A DNA stretch of 64,000 nt from an uncultured Lachnospiraceae bacterium (GCA_947626365.1 CANQRW010000008.1:3111-67110); one strand, 5' to 3'. Positions 1 through 10,632 are shown, counted from the first letter of the stretch. Numbers and translations are program-made. Notes: generated by a model not told the origin, from the letters alone.

Positions 1-420
1 GTTCTGCAGCCCCAAAAGCGTCTGCCGTTCCGCCCCGCTGAACAGCTCATTGATCAGCGAAGGCGCGATCGGGGCCGTCATTCCGATACCTATGCCCAGA
101 AACGCGGCCCACACGAATAAGATCGCAAGGCTTCCATGGAAAAGACACGCCAGAACGCCGCCCGCCGATACAATGGACAGACCGGCCAGGGCAAGGGTCT
201 TCTTTGGCAGCCGGTTTGACAGCAGCGCGGCAAGCATGGTAAATATCACACAGAAAATACTTGGAAACGTCATCAGAAACTGGATCGTGGAGGACGATGC
301 TGACGGAAATTCTGCGGCGATCTGCGCGAGAATCGGCGCGATACCATTAGTTCCCATCTGAACAAACGACATGGTAAGGATCGCGCATTTTAATATCCCT
401 GTATCCTTTCTCTCAGTCAT
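1..420 (-). CDS. MFS transporter, 5' part (runs off the window start)
   Basis: Manual translation from ATG at 420: MTERKDTGILKCAILTMSFVQMGTNGIAPILAQIAAEFPSASSSTIQFLMTFPSIF... It has serial hydrophobic helices typical of an MFS N-terminus and is not in the ORF track because it is truncated. Confidence 0.75.
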   Translation of the reverse strand, partial: MTERKDTGILKCAILTMSFVQMGTNGIAPILAQIAAEFPSASSSTIQFLMTFPSIFCVIFTMLAALLSNRLPKKTLALAGLSIVSAGGVLACLFHGSLAILFVWAAFLGIGIGMTAPIAPSLINELFSGAERQTLLGLQN

Positions 421-547
421 ATAATTCTCCCTTCATCCTGCGGTGAATACTGCATTTTATCTGTTATCGTCTGCTCCTGCTGCGATAACACGCTGGCTCA
501 TTCTTATTTATATCCTCTTCTGTTCAGTCTTTCTTAAAAACCATATC

Positions 548-937
548 TCAGAACCTTTGTCCGCACTTGGGACAAAACTCAAAATCCTCCGTGGTCTCGT
601 AACCGCAGTTCGGACAGCGTTTCACCGTAGTCTGCCAGGCAGCCCTGTCGTTTCCGGAGCGCGCAAACGTCAGCATATCCGGAGTGATCAAGATCTGCTC
701 TCCTCTGGCCAGACGTCTTCCCACATCCGGATTCAGCTCATAGACAGCGCCGCAGCAGCTGGTCTTCACATAATACCGCCGGTTCCATTTGAATGTGGGA
801 ATAAAAAACAGCGACAGGCACATGTAAGTCATAAAAATCTGATACCTGCCGTAGCGGCCGCATTTGTCACAGATCATCAGCGCGCCGCTATACGGAATCT
901 CTTTGGATACCGGGGTCACTCCCATAATGAAAAACAT
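548..937 (-). CDS. Zinc-ribbon domain protein
   Basis: CxxC pairs (CDKC, CPNC, CPKC) plus an FFIP hydrophobic patch. Start moved to ATG 937 (MFFIMG), which has GGAG upstream. Confidence 0.75.
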   Translation of the reverse strand: MFFIMGVTPVSKEIPYSGALMICDKCGRYGRYQIFMTYMCLSLFFIPTFKWNRRYYVKTSCCGAVYELNPDVGRRLARGEQILITPDMLTFARSGNDRAAWQTTVKRCPNCGYETTEDFEFCPKCGQRF

Positions 938-1027
938 TTTCTGCTCCTTTCCGTTCCTCAGACGATACGTCCTTCGGAATCTTTCGATGAACTTCACCTG
1001 TACTTACCCGTGCCGAAACGCAGTCCT

Positions 1028-4000
1028 TCAGACGGCGATTTCCCTTTGCAGCGCCAGAGAATAGATGATTCTCTCCTTCACTTTGCAGCCGGTCATCTGC
1101 GCCAGAGCCTTCTGATAATAATCCAGCTGGACTTTGTAGCGCTTTGCAAGATGGTCCTCTTCGCCCTGGCGGATCCTGTCCGTCTTATAGTCCACGATCA
1201 CCAGACCGTCTTCCTCCTGAAAATATCCGTCGATGATTCCCTGTATCAAAACCAGTTCATCGGAGTCTGCCAGTTTCATCTCTCTGGCAGGAATTCCCAT
1301 GACAAACTGCTGTTCCCGGTGAAGATTCCCCTTCTCCTGGGCCGCCTTCATCCGCTGCCCCAGGGGTGAAGATACCAGCCGCCAGATGATATCGGGCCGC
1401 ACCAGTTTCCTGGTCTCTTCCGTAATCCTGTGAGCTTTCAGGAGATGATCCATCTGCCGCTCCACATCGGTTCTCAGCTGTCCGTCCGTAAAATCCAGAA
1501 GCTCCAGAACGCGGTGATAGGCAGTTCCTCTTCGGGCAGCGCGTTCCATGGCCTCCTTCATCTCCCGAAACTGCTCCGGATCCGTCTTCCGCAGATCCGG
1601 CGGTTCCGTTTGCTCCGCAGCCCCCTCCCGCTGCCGCTGCGCATTCCTTTCCGGTTCTGAAAGAAGATAGTCCGCCTGCCTGGGCTGATAAGGTCCGCGG
1701 AAATCGTCGATTTCCTGCCCCAGCTTTTTCAGCTCGGACACAGTCATCTTCGTATGAAGGCCTACGTCCGCCCCATAAGGATATCTGTAGGCAAATCGGC
1801 GCTCCATATCCTTTCTCAGGTCCTCGTCATACACAAAATTTCGATCAAGACTGCGCAGATCCTCTTTGGTGACCTTCTTTTCCATCTGGCGAACCACTTC
1901 CCCGCCGATCAAGGTCTCCACAGGAACCTGACAGAACTGATAACAGGGATGCTCCAAAATCCGGGCCATCAGAAACCAGTCCAGGCAGGAGCCGGCCGAC
2001 GCCAGCACCGTAAACGGAATCTTATGGGGAAGCCCGGACCATTTCTCCAGTTTCTTCTCCAGAGAACGGTCGGTTCCGGTTATGATCAGTTTTTCCTTTG
2101 CCCTGGTCATGGCCACATAAAGGATCCGAAGCTCCTCTCCCAGATTATCCAGATCGATTTTCCGCTTCAGGACCTGTTTCTTCAGGGTGCAGGTTTTGGT
2201 GCGGTTTTCAAGGTCCAGGTAATCGGTTCCGATTCCCAAGTCCGCATCCAGAATCAGCTTCCCGCGGATATCCTGACGGTTAAACTGTTTCCCCGTACCG
2301 GCCAGGATCACAATCGGAAATTCCAGGCCCTTGCTCTTGTGGATGCTCATGACGCGGACCATGCCGTCATAACGTCCGGAGGGAGATGCCTCACCGAAAT
2401 CCGTGTCGTATTTTTTCAGAAGATTGATATAGCGGATAAACTGGAACAGGCCCTTATAGCTGGTCTTCTCATAATCTGACGACTTCTCTGCCAGCATGTC
2501 CAGATTCGCTCTGCGGACTTCCCCCGCCGGCATGGCGGATACATAGTCGTAATATCCGGTCTGCGCATAGATCTCATAAATCAGCTGATGAATCGGAAGA
2601 TAGAGCGCCTGACCGCGCAGCCTTTCCAAAAGCTGCTCAAAGCATCTCAGCTTTTCCATCATGTCCGGACTGTCGTTTTCGTCTTCCCGGTCTTCCAGCA
2701 TATAGCGGAAAGCTCCGTAGATTCCGCGGTCCTGACGAGGCGCGGCAGATTTCCTGTACTCCGCCATCATCAAAGCCAGTTCTTCTTCCGTCATTCCCGC
2801 TACCGGCGATCTCAGCACCGCGGCCAGGGGGATATCCTGCATAGGATTGTCGATCACTGCCAGCAGGGCAAGAACTGTCTCCACCTCGATCGTATTAAAA
2901 TACCCTGTCCCTGTCTCCGCGCAGGCCGGAATCCCCTCTCTGGACAGCACCTGGATAAACACCTCGCTCCAGCCTGTCATGCTTCTGAGAAGGATTACAA
3001 TATCCCCGTACCCGGCCCGCCGGTATTCTTCCTTCTCTTTATCCCAGACCAGAAGCCCGGTTTCCGGATCCGTCAGCCGGCGGATCCTGTCCGCCGCAAG
3101 TTTGGCTTCCAGTTCTCTGGCTGTATAGTCTGCCGTCTCCGGATCCAGAACTCCCATGGAGTCCTTTCCGGTATCAATAAGAAGCAGCTCCGTGGGAGAA
3201 GCCTCCGCCCCATCCGCAAACACGGCCCCCGGATTCAGGGCGGTCTCCGCCGTATACTCTACGCCTCCCAGTTTCCTGGTCATAATCCGATCAAACAGTT
3301 CATTCACGCTTTCCAGGACCTGCGCCCTGCTGCGGAAATTCTGCTGAAGCTCAATTTTCTGCCTGGGACTCTCTTTTGCGGTATAGGTATCATATTTCTC
3401 CATGAACAGTTCCGGCCTCGCCTGACGGAACCGATAAATGCTCTGCTTCACATCGCCCACCATGAATACGTTGGGCCGCCCAAACCGCTCGCCCGAAAGG
3501 CTTTGAATCAGCATCTCCTGGACATAGTTGCTGTCCTGGTACTCATCCACCAGAATTTCCCGGAACCGGCTTCCGATTTCGTCTGCCGTCTCGGTAAAGC
3601 GGATCCGGCCATCCGAATGCTCCGCCAGTATCTGAAGGGCATAATGCTCCAGGTCGTTGAAATCAACCAGATTTTTATCTTTTTTGGCCTCCTGATACCG
3701 TTTTGAAAATTCTTCCGCCAGCTCCAGAAGCTTTATGACCACATCTTTCGTTCCCAGAATATCAGCCGCGGCTTCCTCCGGAGATACCTGTCCATAGGCT
3801 TTGTACAGATCCTTTACCTGCTTTTTCACGCGGTCCCTGCATTCCGTCACCTGATTCTTCAGACCGGGATCTACGCTTTTGCTCCGGGCAGCCGGCAGCC
3901 TCCCGAAATCGATCGTCTGAAGCTTTTCATAAAGCTCCCCGCAGTCCTTCGCCCGCAAAAGCCTCCCAAACATCTCCAGCTCATCTTCCAGAACCGGAAG

Positions 4001-4735
4001 ATATACCTCCGGGCCTCCTGCTCTGCGGCAGACGGCCATAGCCGCCTCATACTGCTCCGCAAACTCCGAAAGCTGCAGCTTAACGTCGTTCATCATAAAC
4101 TGAACCCAGCGGGTCTCCATAAGACTTCCTGTTTCCGTCAGTTCCAGTTCGCGGCGGCACCGGGCAAACCAGTCCTCCGGGAAGGGATTGCTCTGGGCAA
4201 ATTCGTAAACCTGCATAATATATTCTTCGATGCCGCTGTCGGACTTTCCGGAGGCATAGGTATCCACAAACCTTTCAAAATCCCTGTCGCCTTTTTCATA
4301 ATACGCTTCCAGAAGCTGTTCCATCACGTCCGCCCGAAGAAGCGTCAGTTCCCCCTCGTCTCCCACCCGGAAGGATGGATCAATATCCAGCCGGTTAAAA
4401 TGTTCCCGGATCAAGTCCAGACAGAAGCTGTCGATGGTAGTAATATGGGCATAGGGAACCAGGGCCGCCTGTACCTGCAGATGGCTGTTGTCCGGCTGTT
4501 CCGCCAGTTTTTTCTCGATGGCCAGTCCGATCCGCTCCTTCATCTCCGCAGCCGCCGCTTTGGTAAATGTCATCACCAGAAGCCGGTCAATATCCGCCGG
4601 ATCGTCATCGCTGCTGATCATCTGAAGAATTCGTTCTACCAGCACCGCCGTCTTGCCGCTTCCTGCGGCCGCGGACACCAGCAGGTTCCTTCCTCTTGTC
4701 TCAATGACCTGAAGCTGCTTATCCGTCCATTTCAT
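1028..4735 (-). CDS. addA: ATP-dependent helicase/nuclease subunit A
   Basis: AAAGSGKT Walker A, LVDEYQD, VGDVKQSIYRFR, SIHKSKGLEF, YVAMTRA and a C-terminal nuclease motif (QGIID..IVDYKT). GGAGG precedes ATG 4735. Confidence 0.96.
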   Translation of the reverse strand: MKWTDKQLQVIETRGRNLLVSAAAGSGKTAVLVERILQMISSDDDPADIDRLLVMTFTKAAAAEMKERIGLAIEKKLAEQPDNSHLQVQAALVPYAHITTIDSFCLDLIREHFNRLDIDPSFRVGDEGELTLLRADVMEQLLEAYYEKGDRDFERFVDTYASGKSDSGIEEYIMQVYEFAQSNPFPEDWFARCRRELELTETGSLMETRWVQFMMNDVKLQLSEFAEQYEAAMAVCRRAGGPEVYLPVLEDELEMFGRLLRAKDCGELYEKLQTIDFGRLPAARSKSVDPGLKNQVTECRDRVKKQVKDLYKAYGQVSPEEAAADILGTKDVVIKLLELAEEFSKRYQEAKKDKNLVDFNDLEHYALQILAEHSDGRIRFTETADEIGSRFREILVDEYQDSNYVQEMLIQSLSGERFGRPNVFMVGDVKQSIYRFRQARPELFMEKYDTYTAKESPRQKIELQQNFRSRAQVLESVNELFDRIMTRKLGGVEYTAETALNPGAVFADGAEASPTELLLIDTGKDSMGVLDPETADYTARELEAKLAADRIRRLTDPETGLLVWDKEKEEYRRAGYGDIVILLRSMTGWSEVFIQVLSREGIPACAETGTGYFNTIEVETVLALLAVIDNPMQDIPLAAVLRSPVAGMTEEELALMMAEYRKSAAPRQDRGIYGAFRYMLEDREDENDSPDMMEKLRCFEQLLERLRGQALYLPIHQLIYEIYAQTGYYDYVSAMPAGEVRRANLDMLAEKSSDYEKTSYKGLFQFIRYINLLKKYDTDFGEASPSGRYDGMVRVMSIHKSKGLEFPIVILAGTGKQFNRQDIRGKLILDADLGIGTDYLDLENRTKTCTLKKQVLKRKIDLDNLGEELRILYVAMTRAKEKLIITGTDRSLEKKLEKWSGLPHKIPFTVLASAGSCLDWFLMARILEHPCYQFCQVPVETLIGGEVVRQMEKKVTKEDLRSLDRNFVYDEDLRKDMERRFAYRYPYGADVGLHTKMTVSELKKLGQEIDDFRGPYQPRQADYLLSEPERNAQRQREGAAEQTEPPDLRKTDPEQFREMKEAMERAARRGTAYHRVLELLDFTDGQLRTDVERQMDHLLKAHRITEETRKLVRPDIIWRLVSSPLGQRMKAAQEKGNLHREQQFVMGIPAREMKLADSDELVLIQGIIDGYFQEEDGLVIVDYKTDRIRQGEEDHLAKRYKVQLDYYQKALAQMTGCKVKERIIYSLALQREIAV

Positions 4736-7700
4736 CAGCGGCACCTCCCTTCCCGGCGATTATCTCCGCCCAGATCTGCTCCGGCTCCGCTGACGGAAAT
4801 CTCCGGAACCGGTATCCGGAAATCCGGGTATCGAACCCGCACACGCCATGGTACGGACAGTAGTCGCAGGCTGTACGGTTTCCTTTCTTATGGGGAAGCG
4901 CCTGAATCCGGCCTTCCAGAATCTCTCTGCCATCCTGGGCAATCTTCCCCCTGACGTATCGGCGCAGCGCATCGAATCTTCTGCTGTCAGCCGCGGAAGA
5001 TCTGGACGGCTGCACCGCGCCATCCTTCAGAATTACCGGTATCATATCGGATTTCTCCTGAATTTCCCTGTCCAGATGGCGGATAGCTTCCATATCACTG
5101 TTGACGAGACCGCTCATCTTCAGCTCCCTGAAAATCTGTTCCTCAATATCCTCCGGAGTCTGCCCCTGTTCCCGCTCGACCAGAGGATCCTTGATATGAT
5201 AATAAAAGATTCCTGCCGGGACGACTTCCCTGCCCGGATTCTTCCGCTCCGTCAGTTCCATCACCGCATCCATATAGACTGCCAGCTGCAGCTGCAGCCC
5301 GTAATACACCGCCGCCAGATCAAACTCCGTGCTGCCGGATTTGTAATCAATAATCTTCACATAAATATGGGTTTTGTCGCGGCACAAATCCAGACGGTCG
5401 ATCCGTCCCCGCAGGTGCAGCGCCTCCTCATCAGACAACTTGATTTTCATGGCCTTCAGATTATCGACAGCCGAGAATGCCACCTCGAAGCCGGCAGGCT
5501 CAAAATCACCTCTCCTCAGCTGTTCCGTAAGGGCCCATATGGTACGCTCCGTCATCCTGCCGATCCGGTCTGCAAGATACTGATTGCGGGCCGAACTCTG
5601 CAGAATGGTATTGCCGTACTCTGCCGTCACCTGGTCTACGGAACGTCTCACCAGCGCATTTCTTTCCTGATCCGTCATGTTCACCAGGGACACTCCCTGT
5701 TCTTCCGCCGTCTTAAAGCACAGATCGATGGCCGAGTGGAACAGATTGCCCATATCCGCCGCCTGGATTCGGTATTCCTGGCGCTCTTCCAGCTCAAGAC
5801 CATAGCTGAGAAAATGGGCGTAAGCGCAGGCCGCGTATCGTTCCAGCCTGGTAACGCTGCCCTGAAGAACCACACCGTAAAGGGCTCTGGCCGCCGCTTT
5901 GCTGATTCCTTTCCTCTCATAGGAATAAAAGGCGGCCTCCGTCAGCTGCCTCACCGCCTTGGCATACTCCGGCTGATCGGAAAACCAATGATAAAGTTCC
6001 AAAAACCGGCGCGCTTCCCTGTCTTCCGCTTTCTTGACAGCCTCCGGCGTATCCTTTTTCATGTCTTCTGATGCCCCCGAACCCATCATACCCTGCTCCG
6101 CGCTTTCCGACGTTCCCGAATTCATCACGCCCTGCTCCGCATCTTCCGGTATTTTCCACTTTCCGGAGGCGTAAGTCCTCAGCCCCTGGATCAGTCTCTC
6201 CTTCCCGCCGTTGACCGACACGGCAGACGTCTCCTGTTCCTCCATATCCACCGCTGAAAGCCGTGGGAACATCCTCTGCAGCTCCCCGATCAGCTGTGAC
6301 GGACGGCGGCTTTTTCCGGCCTGGTCATAGAGAGAGCAGGACAGGATCAGCCGTTCTGATGGCTTCGTAAGGGTCAGGTACAGATAGTACCTCTGAATAA
6401 AGCTGTCTTCCCGGGATGTGGGCGCCAGTTCCATCTGGTAGCTCCGGAATACCTCCCGGTCCGTATCGGTCAGCAGGCTCTGGCTGTCTTTTCTCCCCGG
6501 AACGATACCCTCGTTCACGCCCACGAAAAACAGCACCCGAATCTTGTCCAGCCTGGTTCTGGTAATATCACCGGCCACCACACGGTCCACCGTGGCCGGG
6601 ATCACTCCCAGCTGAATCTCCCCCAGACCAGCATCCAGTATCTCGTTGTATTCTTTTAAACTGACCTTCTCATCTCCCAGAAGCTCTCTCAGGCGGTCAA
6701 ACAGTTCCATAACCCGGTCATATACCTGCCCGTACTCCCTGGCAAGGCTGTACTGCCCTTCTGCCTCGAATTTCTCCCGAAACCATTCCATCTTTTCCTG
6801 AATCCGGCAGTCCTCCATACAGCGGATCACCGCCTGAGTCATGGTCCCGACGGTTCTGTCCGTATCACGCAGGGCCCGGCGAAGCTCCGCAAGAGGAGCC
6901 AGTACCTGGGCGCGGAACTCGTTGAGCCGGTCCATATTCAGGTCCCTGCCGCTCCTGCAGACATATTCCCAGGTCTCGTTCCACCGGTCAAATCCCCGGA
7001 TTCCAAGGGCCAGGCAGTAGTTTTCCAGCCGGTCCATCTCCTCCCGGTCATCCGCCGCCAGGCCTGTCTTAAGGAAGCGGAACATACTCTCATAGTCAAA
7101 GTCTCTCCGCACGGCCTCCAGGGCCGCCCGGATAAATTCGATCATGGCATTCTCAAGAATGCTCTTTTTATCATCAATAAAACACGGAATCTTCTCCGCC
7201 TGAAAACGATTGGCTATTTCATTGCGGTAGCCCGGCAGATCTCCTGTAATCACCGCGATCTCCCGATAGCGGATGCCTTCCTCCTGCACCAGCCTGTGAA
7301 TGCGGTCCGCCGTGCAGGCAATCTCCTGGGCGGGGGATTGGGCCTTTAAAATCTCGATCTCCTCCGGCTCCCAGTCTGCCGCCTGTCCGTATCGGTACAA
7401 ATGGCTTTCCACATAACGGATCGACGGCGCCGGCGCGAAACGGCCGTTCATGATCACATCACGGTCACGGTCCACTCCATTTTTGGCCGCCAAATCCGTA
7501 AGACGGCAGATCATTTCCTTTCCCATATAGAACAGATCCTGTATTTTCCCTCGCCGGTACGGCTCCGCTGCCGGGTCCGCCGTCACAGTCACGATCACCT
7601 GCTTCGCGTGGATCATCATCAGTTCCAGCAGCCGGTACTGAACCGGAGTAAAGCCGGTATATCCGTCCAGCGTAATGACGCTTTCCCGAATCAGTTCGGA

Positions 7701-8267
7701 ATCGGGAAGCACGCGGCACAGCACATCCAGAATTTCTTCCGCCGTAATAAACCTGTCCTTTATCTCTTTCTGAAAAGCTCTGTAAATCAGCGCCAGATCG
7801 CCGCATTTGGCCTTCAGAAGGGCGCTTTTCGTATCATTTTTCACCCTGTCCAGATCTTCCGGATGAATTCCGTACTGGTACAGCTCCGAAAGCATGGATT
7901 TCATCTGGCTGATAAATCCGGTCTGGTTCAGATGGCCGGCATACAGGGATAAATTTTGTCTCTGCTCCGAGGCCACTTTACGGAGGACCATGGATTTCCC
8001 CATATCGTCCAGAACCGCCGGATGCTCCACGGCCAGCTCTTCAAACACCCGGTATGCCAGCCGGTTGAAGCTGACGATATCGATATTCATGGTTCCGTGA
8101 GCCGGATGAAGGCATACGATCTCCTTCTGGGTCTGCATGGTGAACTGCTCCGGCACAATGGCAATGAACGAAGAATAGGGTTCCTCCAGGGAACGCCCGA
8201 TCAGATTGTCGTACAGGTATCTGGTTTTTCCGGAACCGGCGCTGCCGATAATAAATTGAAGTGACAT
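4719..8267 (-). CDS. addB: ATP-dependent helicase/deoxyribonuclease subunit B
   Basis: GSAGSGKT, IVPEQFT, CAYAHF Fe-S Cys, GRIDRLD..IIDYKSG and a C-terminal CDYCPYHGVC motif. Overlaps the addA start. Confidence 0.96.
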   Translation of the reverse strand: MSLQFIIGSAGSGKTRYLYDNLIGRSLEEPYSSFIAIVPEQFTMQTQKEIVCLHPAHGTMNIDIVSFNRLAYRVFEELAVEHPAVLDDMGKSMVLRKVASEQRQNLSLYAGHLNQTGFISQMKSMLSELYQYGIHPEDLDRVKNDTKSALLKAKCGDLALIYRAFQKEIKDRFITAEEILDVLCRVLPDSELIRESVITLDGYTGFTPVQYRLLELMMIHAKQVIVTVTADPAAEPYRRGKIQDLFYMGKEMICRLTDLAAKNGVDRDRDVIMNGRFAPAPSIRYVESHLYRYGQAADWEPEEIEILKAQSPAQEIACTADRIHRLVQEEGIRYREIAVITGDLPGYRNEIANRFQAEKIPCFIDDKKSILENAMIEFIRAALEAVRRDFDYESMFRFLKTGLAADDREEMDRLENYCLALGIRGFDRWNETWEYVCRSGRDLNMDRLNEFRAQVLAPLAELRRALRDTDRTVGTMTQAVIRCMEDCRIQEKMEWFREKFEAEGQYSLAREYGQVYDRVMELFDRLRELLGDEKVSLKEYNEILDAGLGEIQLGVIPATVDRVVAGDITRTRLDKIRVLFFVGVNEGIVPGRKDSQSLLTDTDREVFRSYQMELAPTSREDSFIQRYYLYLTLTKPSERLILSCSLYDQAGKSRRPSQLIGELQRMFPRLSAVDMEEQETSAVSVNGGKERLIQGLRTYASGKWKIPEDAEQGVMNSGTSESAEQGMMGSGASEDMKKDTPEAVKKAEDREARRFLELYHWFSDQPEYAKAVRQLTEAAFYSYERKGISKAAARALYGVVLQGSVTRLERYAACAYAHFLSYGLELEERQEYRIQAADMGNLFHSAIDLCFKTAEEQGVSLVNMTDQERNALVRRSVDQVTAEYGNTILQSSARNQYLADRIGRMTERTIWALTEQLRRGDFEPAGFEVAFSAVDNLKAMKIKLSDEEALHLRGRIDRLDLCRDKTHIYVKIIDYKSGSTEFDLAAVYYGLQLQLAVYMDAVMELTERKNPGREVVPAGIFYYHIKDPLVEREQGQTPEDIEEQIFRELKMSGLVNSDMEAIRHLDREIQEKSDMIPVILKDGAVQPSRSSAADSRRFDALRRYVRGKIAQDGREILEGRIQALPHKKGNRTACDYCPYHGVCGFDTRISGYRFRRFPSAEPEQIWAEIIAGKGGAADEMDG

Positions 8268-8330
8268 GACTCCTCCTGGTCCCCGCCCCGGCGGGCTGCG
8301 GTATTCTGAAACTGACTCTATTATACACCT

Positions 8331-8433
8331 GCCGCCCTGCCTTCGCCATTACTTTTTTCGGCCGCCCTGTCTGCGCCATTGCTTTTGCGGTCGTCCCGCC
8401 TGCGCCATTGCTTTTTACGGCCGCCCTGCCTGC
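8331..8433. repeat. Tandem ~30-bp degenerate repeat, about 3.5 copies
   Basis: Units GCCGCCCTGCCTTCGCCATTACTTTTTTCG-like start at 8331, 8361, 8390 and 8420. Confidence 0.85.
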
Positions 8434-8513
8434 TTCCTTCCAGTTCTTTTCCTGCATAATTTTCCCGGCCATATAATAGACTTTATTAAATTCATTCCCC
8501 CGGAGGGCTTACT

Positions 8514-8948
8514 ATGAGCTCCAAAACCAAAATCGTAGTCCTGAAAATGAAGGAAATCATCTACACCGCCATCTTCATCGGCCTCGCCATACTGCTGGTC
8601 ACTCTGTTTCTGATCATGTTCCGGCCGGGCAGAGGATCCTCGGATTCCGTTCAGACATCCGCCTATGTTCCCGGAGTCTATACCTCCTCCCTGACCATAG
8701 GCAATCAGAATGTCAATGTAGAAGTCGCTGTGGACGCTGAGCAGATCAATTCCATCTCTTTCGTCTCCCTGGACGAATCCATCACCACCATGTATCCTCT
8801 GATGCAGCCTGTGATGGACGACTTAAAGGAGCAGATTTTAAGCACCCAGTCCCTGGAAAACCTCTCCTACTCCATGGAGACCCGATACACCTCCCAGGCT
8901 ATTCTGGGCGCTATTCAGAACGCCCTGGATAAAGCCGTCAATGACTGA
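8514..8948 (+). CDS. Conserved membrane-anchored hypothetical protein (FMN-binding-like C-terminal domain)
   Basis: GGAGG RBS, N-terminal TM helix, then YVPGVYTSS..VEVAVDAEQI..TSQAILGAIQNAL, which resembles FMN_bind domains. Confidence 0.65.
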   Translation: MSSKTKIVVLKMKEIIYTAIFIGLAILLVTLFLIMFRPGRGSSDSVQTSAYVPGVYTSSLTIGNQNVNVEVAVDAEQINSISFVSLDESITTMYPLMQPVMDDLKEQILSTQSLENLSYSMETRYTSQAILGAIQNALDKAVND

Positions 8949-9049
8949 CAAAACAACATATATTTATGATTGTATTCTCCTCCGTCTTATGTTATAGTGC
9001 CCTTGTAGCAGTCAATATACATAACTGACATAAGAAACGGAGATGTACC

Positions 9050-10444
9050 ATGCTTCAGTCACAGATAAAACGGCACGGTCCCGGCAGCAGGAATCTTTCC
9101 GGCCATGCCTCCTTTTCCGCTCGGAATCAGATTACAGAGGGAGTTATCTGGCAGCAGCTTCTTCTGTTTTTCTTTCCCATTTTATTCGGCACCTTTTTCC
9201 AGCAGCTCTACAACACGGTAGATGCTGTCATCGTCGGCCAGTTCGTGGGAAAAGAAGCGCTCGCTGCCGTAGGCGGGCCTACCGGCACCATCATCAATCT
9301 GCTGGTAGGCTTTTTCGTGGGTATCTCTTCCGGCGCTACGGTCATCATCTCTCAGTATTACGGCGCTGGAAAAGCGGATATGGTAGATTACGCGGTCCAT
9401 ACTTCCGCCGCGTTCTCACTGATCTGCGGCGCTGTCATCACCGCGGCCGGATTTCTGGCCGCCCCCACAGTCCTGCGCCTCATGGATACGCCTGCCGACA
9501 TTATGGACTACTCCATTACTTATATCCGCATTTTCTTTCTGGGAAGCATCTCCAACATGATCTACAATGTGGGCTCCGGCGTCCTGCGGGCCGTAGGCGA
9601 TTCCAGAAGGCCTCTGTATTTTCTTATCGCCTGCTGCGTCTCCAACATTGTGCTGGATCTTCTTTTCGTGGTAGTGATTCCCCTGGGCGTGGCCGGCGCT
9701 GCCCTGGCGACCATCCTGTCACAGACCATCAGCGCTTTTCTGGTAGTCTTCGTCCTGGTCCGCACCAGGGAAATGTACCGCCTGATTCTCACGCGTATCC
9801 GGCTGGATATGCGCATGCTTCACCGGATCATTCAGATCGGGCTTCCGGCAGGCCTTCAGTCCACCATGTACGGCCTGTCCAACCTGATCATACAGGCCAG
9901 CATCAACACTCTGGGCACCGACATTGTAGCCGCCTGGACCGCCTACTCCAAGGTGGACGTACTGTTCTGGATGATCCTCAACGCCTTCGGCATCTCCATC
10001 ACTACCTTCATCGGCCAGAATTTCGGAGCCGGCAAACTGGAGCGCGCCCGGAAAGGTCTGCGGATCTGCCTGGGCATGTCCGCGTGCGCCTGCCTCCTGC
10101 TTTCCGTCACCTACTACACGACTGCTCCCGTGCTTCTCAGGATATTCACTACCGACTCGGCCGTACTGGCCCAGGGCGTGCTTATCCTGCGCTTCATGGC
10201 GCCTACCTACATCACTTATGTGATCATCGAAATCTACTCAGGAGCCCTAAGAGGCGTAAGCGACACCTGGCGCCCCATGATCATCACTCTTTTGGGCATC
10301 TGTGTCCTGCGGGTAGTCTGGGTCTTTGCGGCCGTTCCGCTGCGGCGGGATATTACCACGGTCATATTCAGCTATCCCCTGACCTGGGTCGTGACATCCG
10401 CCGTGTTATTCATCTATCTGCACCGGTTCAGCAGATTGAGATAG
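9050..10444 (+). CDS. MATE family efflux transporter
   Basis: QQLYNTVDAVIVGQF, GDSRRPL and NIVLDLLFV MATE motifs with about 12 TM segments. Confidence 0.93.
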   Translation: MLQSQIKRHGPGSRNLSGHASFSARNQITEGVIWQQLLLFFFPILFGTFFQQLYNTVDAVIVGQFVGKEALAAVGGPTGTIINLLVGFFVGISSGATVIISQYYGAGKADMVDYAVHTSAAFSLICGAVITAAGFLAAPTVLRLMDTPADIMDYSITYIRIFFLGSISNMIYNVGSGVLRAVGDSRRPLYFLIACCVSNIVLDLLFVVVIPLGVAGAALATILSQTISAFLVVFVLVRTREMYRLILTRIRLDMRMLHRIIQIGLPAGLQSTMYGLSNLIIQASINTLGTDIVAAWTAYSKVDVLFWMILNAFGISITTFIGQNFGAGKLERARKGLRICLGMSACACLLLSVTYYTTAPVLLRIFTTDSAVLAQGVLILRFMAPTYITYVIIEIYSGALRGVSDTWRPMIITLLGICVLRVVWVFAAVPLRRDITTVIFSYPLTWVVTSAVLFIYLHRFSRLR

Positions 10445-10502
10445 CGGCGGAGGTGAAATTTACTTTTGCAAGTGAGTGGCCAAAATTTTTTTGAAAAAAC
10501 TG

Positions 10503-10531
10503 TTGACAGAAAAGTTTTTGTAGTATATAAT
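10503..10531 (+). promoter_or_regulatory. Consensus sigma-A promoter for tRNA-Leu
   Basis: TTGACA (10503-08), 17 bp, TATAAT (10526-31), located 13 bp before the tRNA. Confidence 0.9.
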
Positions 10532-10544
10532 CCCTATTGTTCGT

Positions 10545-10628
10545 GCAGAAGTGGCGGAATTGGCAGACGCGCACGGTTCAGGTCCGTGTGGTAGTAATAC
10601 CTTGTGGGTTCGACTCCCATCTTCTGCA
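10545..10628 (+). tRNA. tRNA-Leu (anticodon CAG)
   Basis: Acceptor GCAGAAG/CTTCTGC, D-arm GGAATTGGCAGAC, anticodon arm CACGG-TTCAGGT-CCGTG, long variable arm and GGTTCGACTCC T-arm. CCA is not encoded. Confidence 0.96.
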
Positions 10629-10632
10629 GATG

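Noticed and set aside
4719-5450. Cas4-like nuclease
   Set aside because: It is the normal AddB C-terminal nuclease/Fe-S domain.
8041-8472. 143-aa ORF spanning the repeat array
   Set aside because: It overlaps addB in another frame, and its composition is explained by the repeats.
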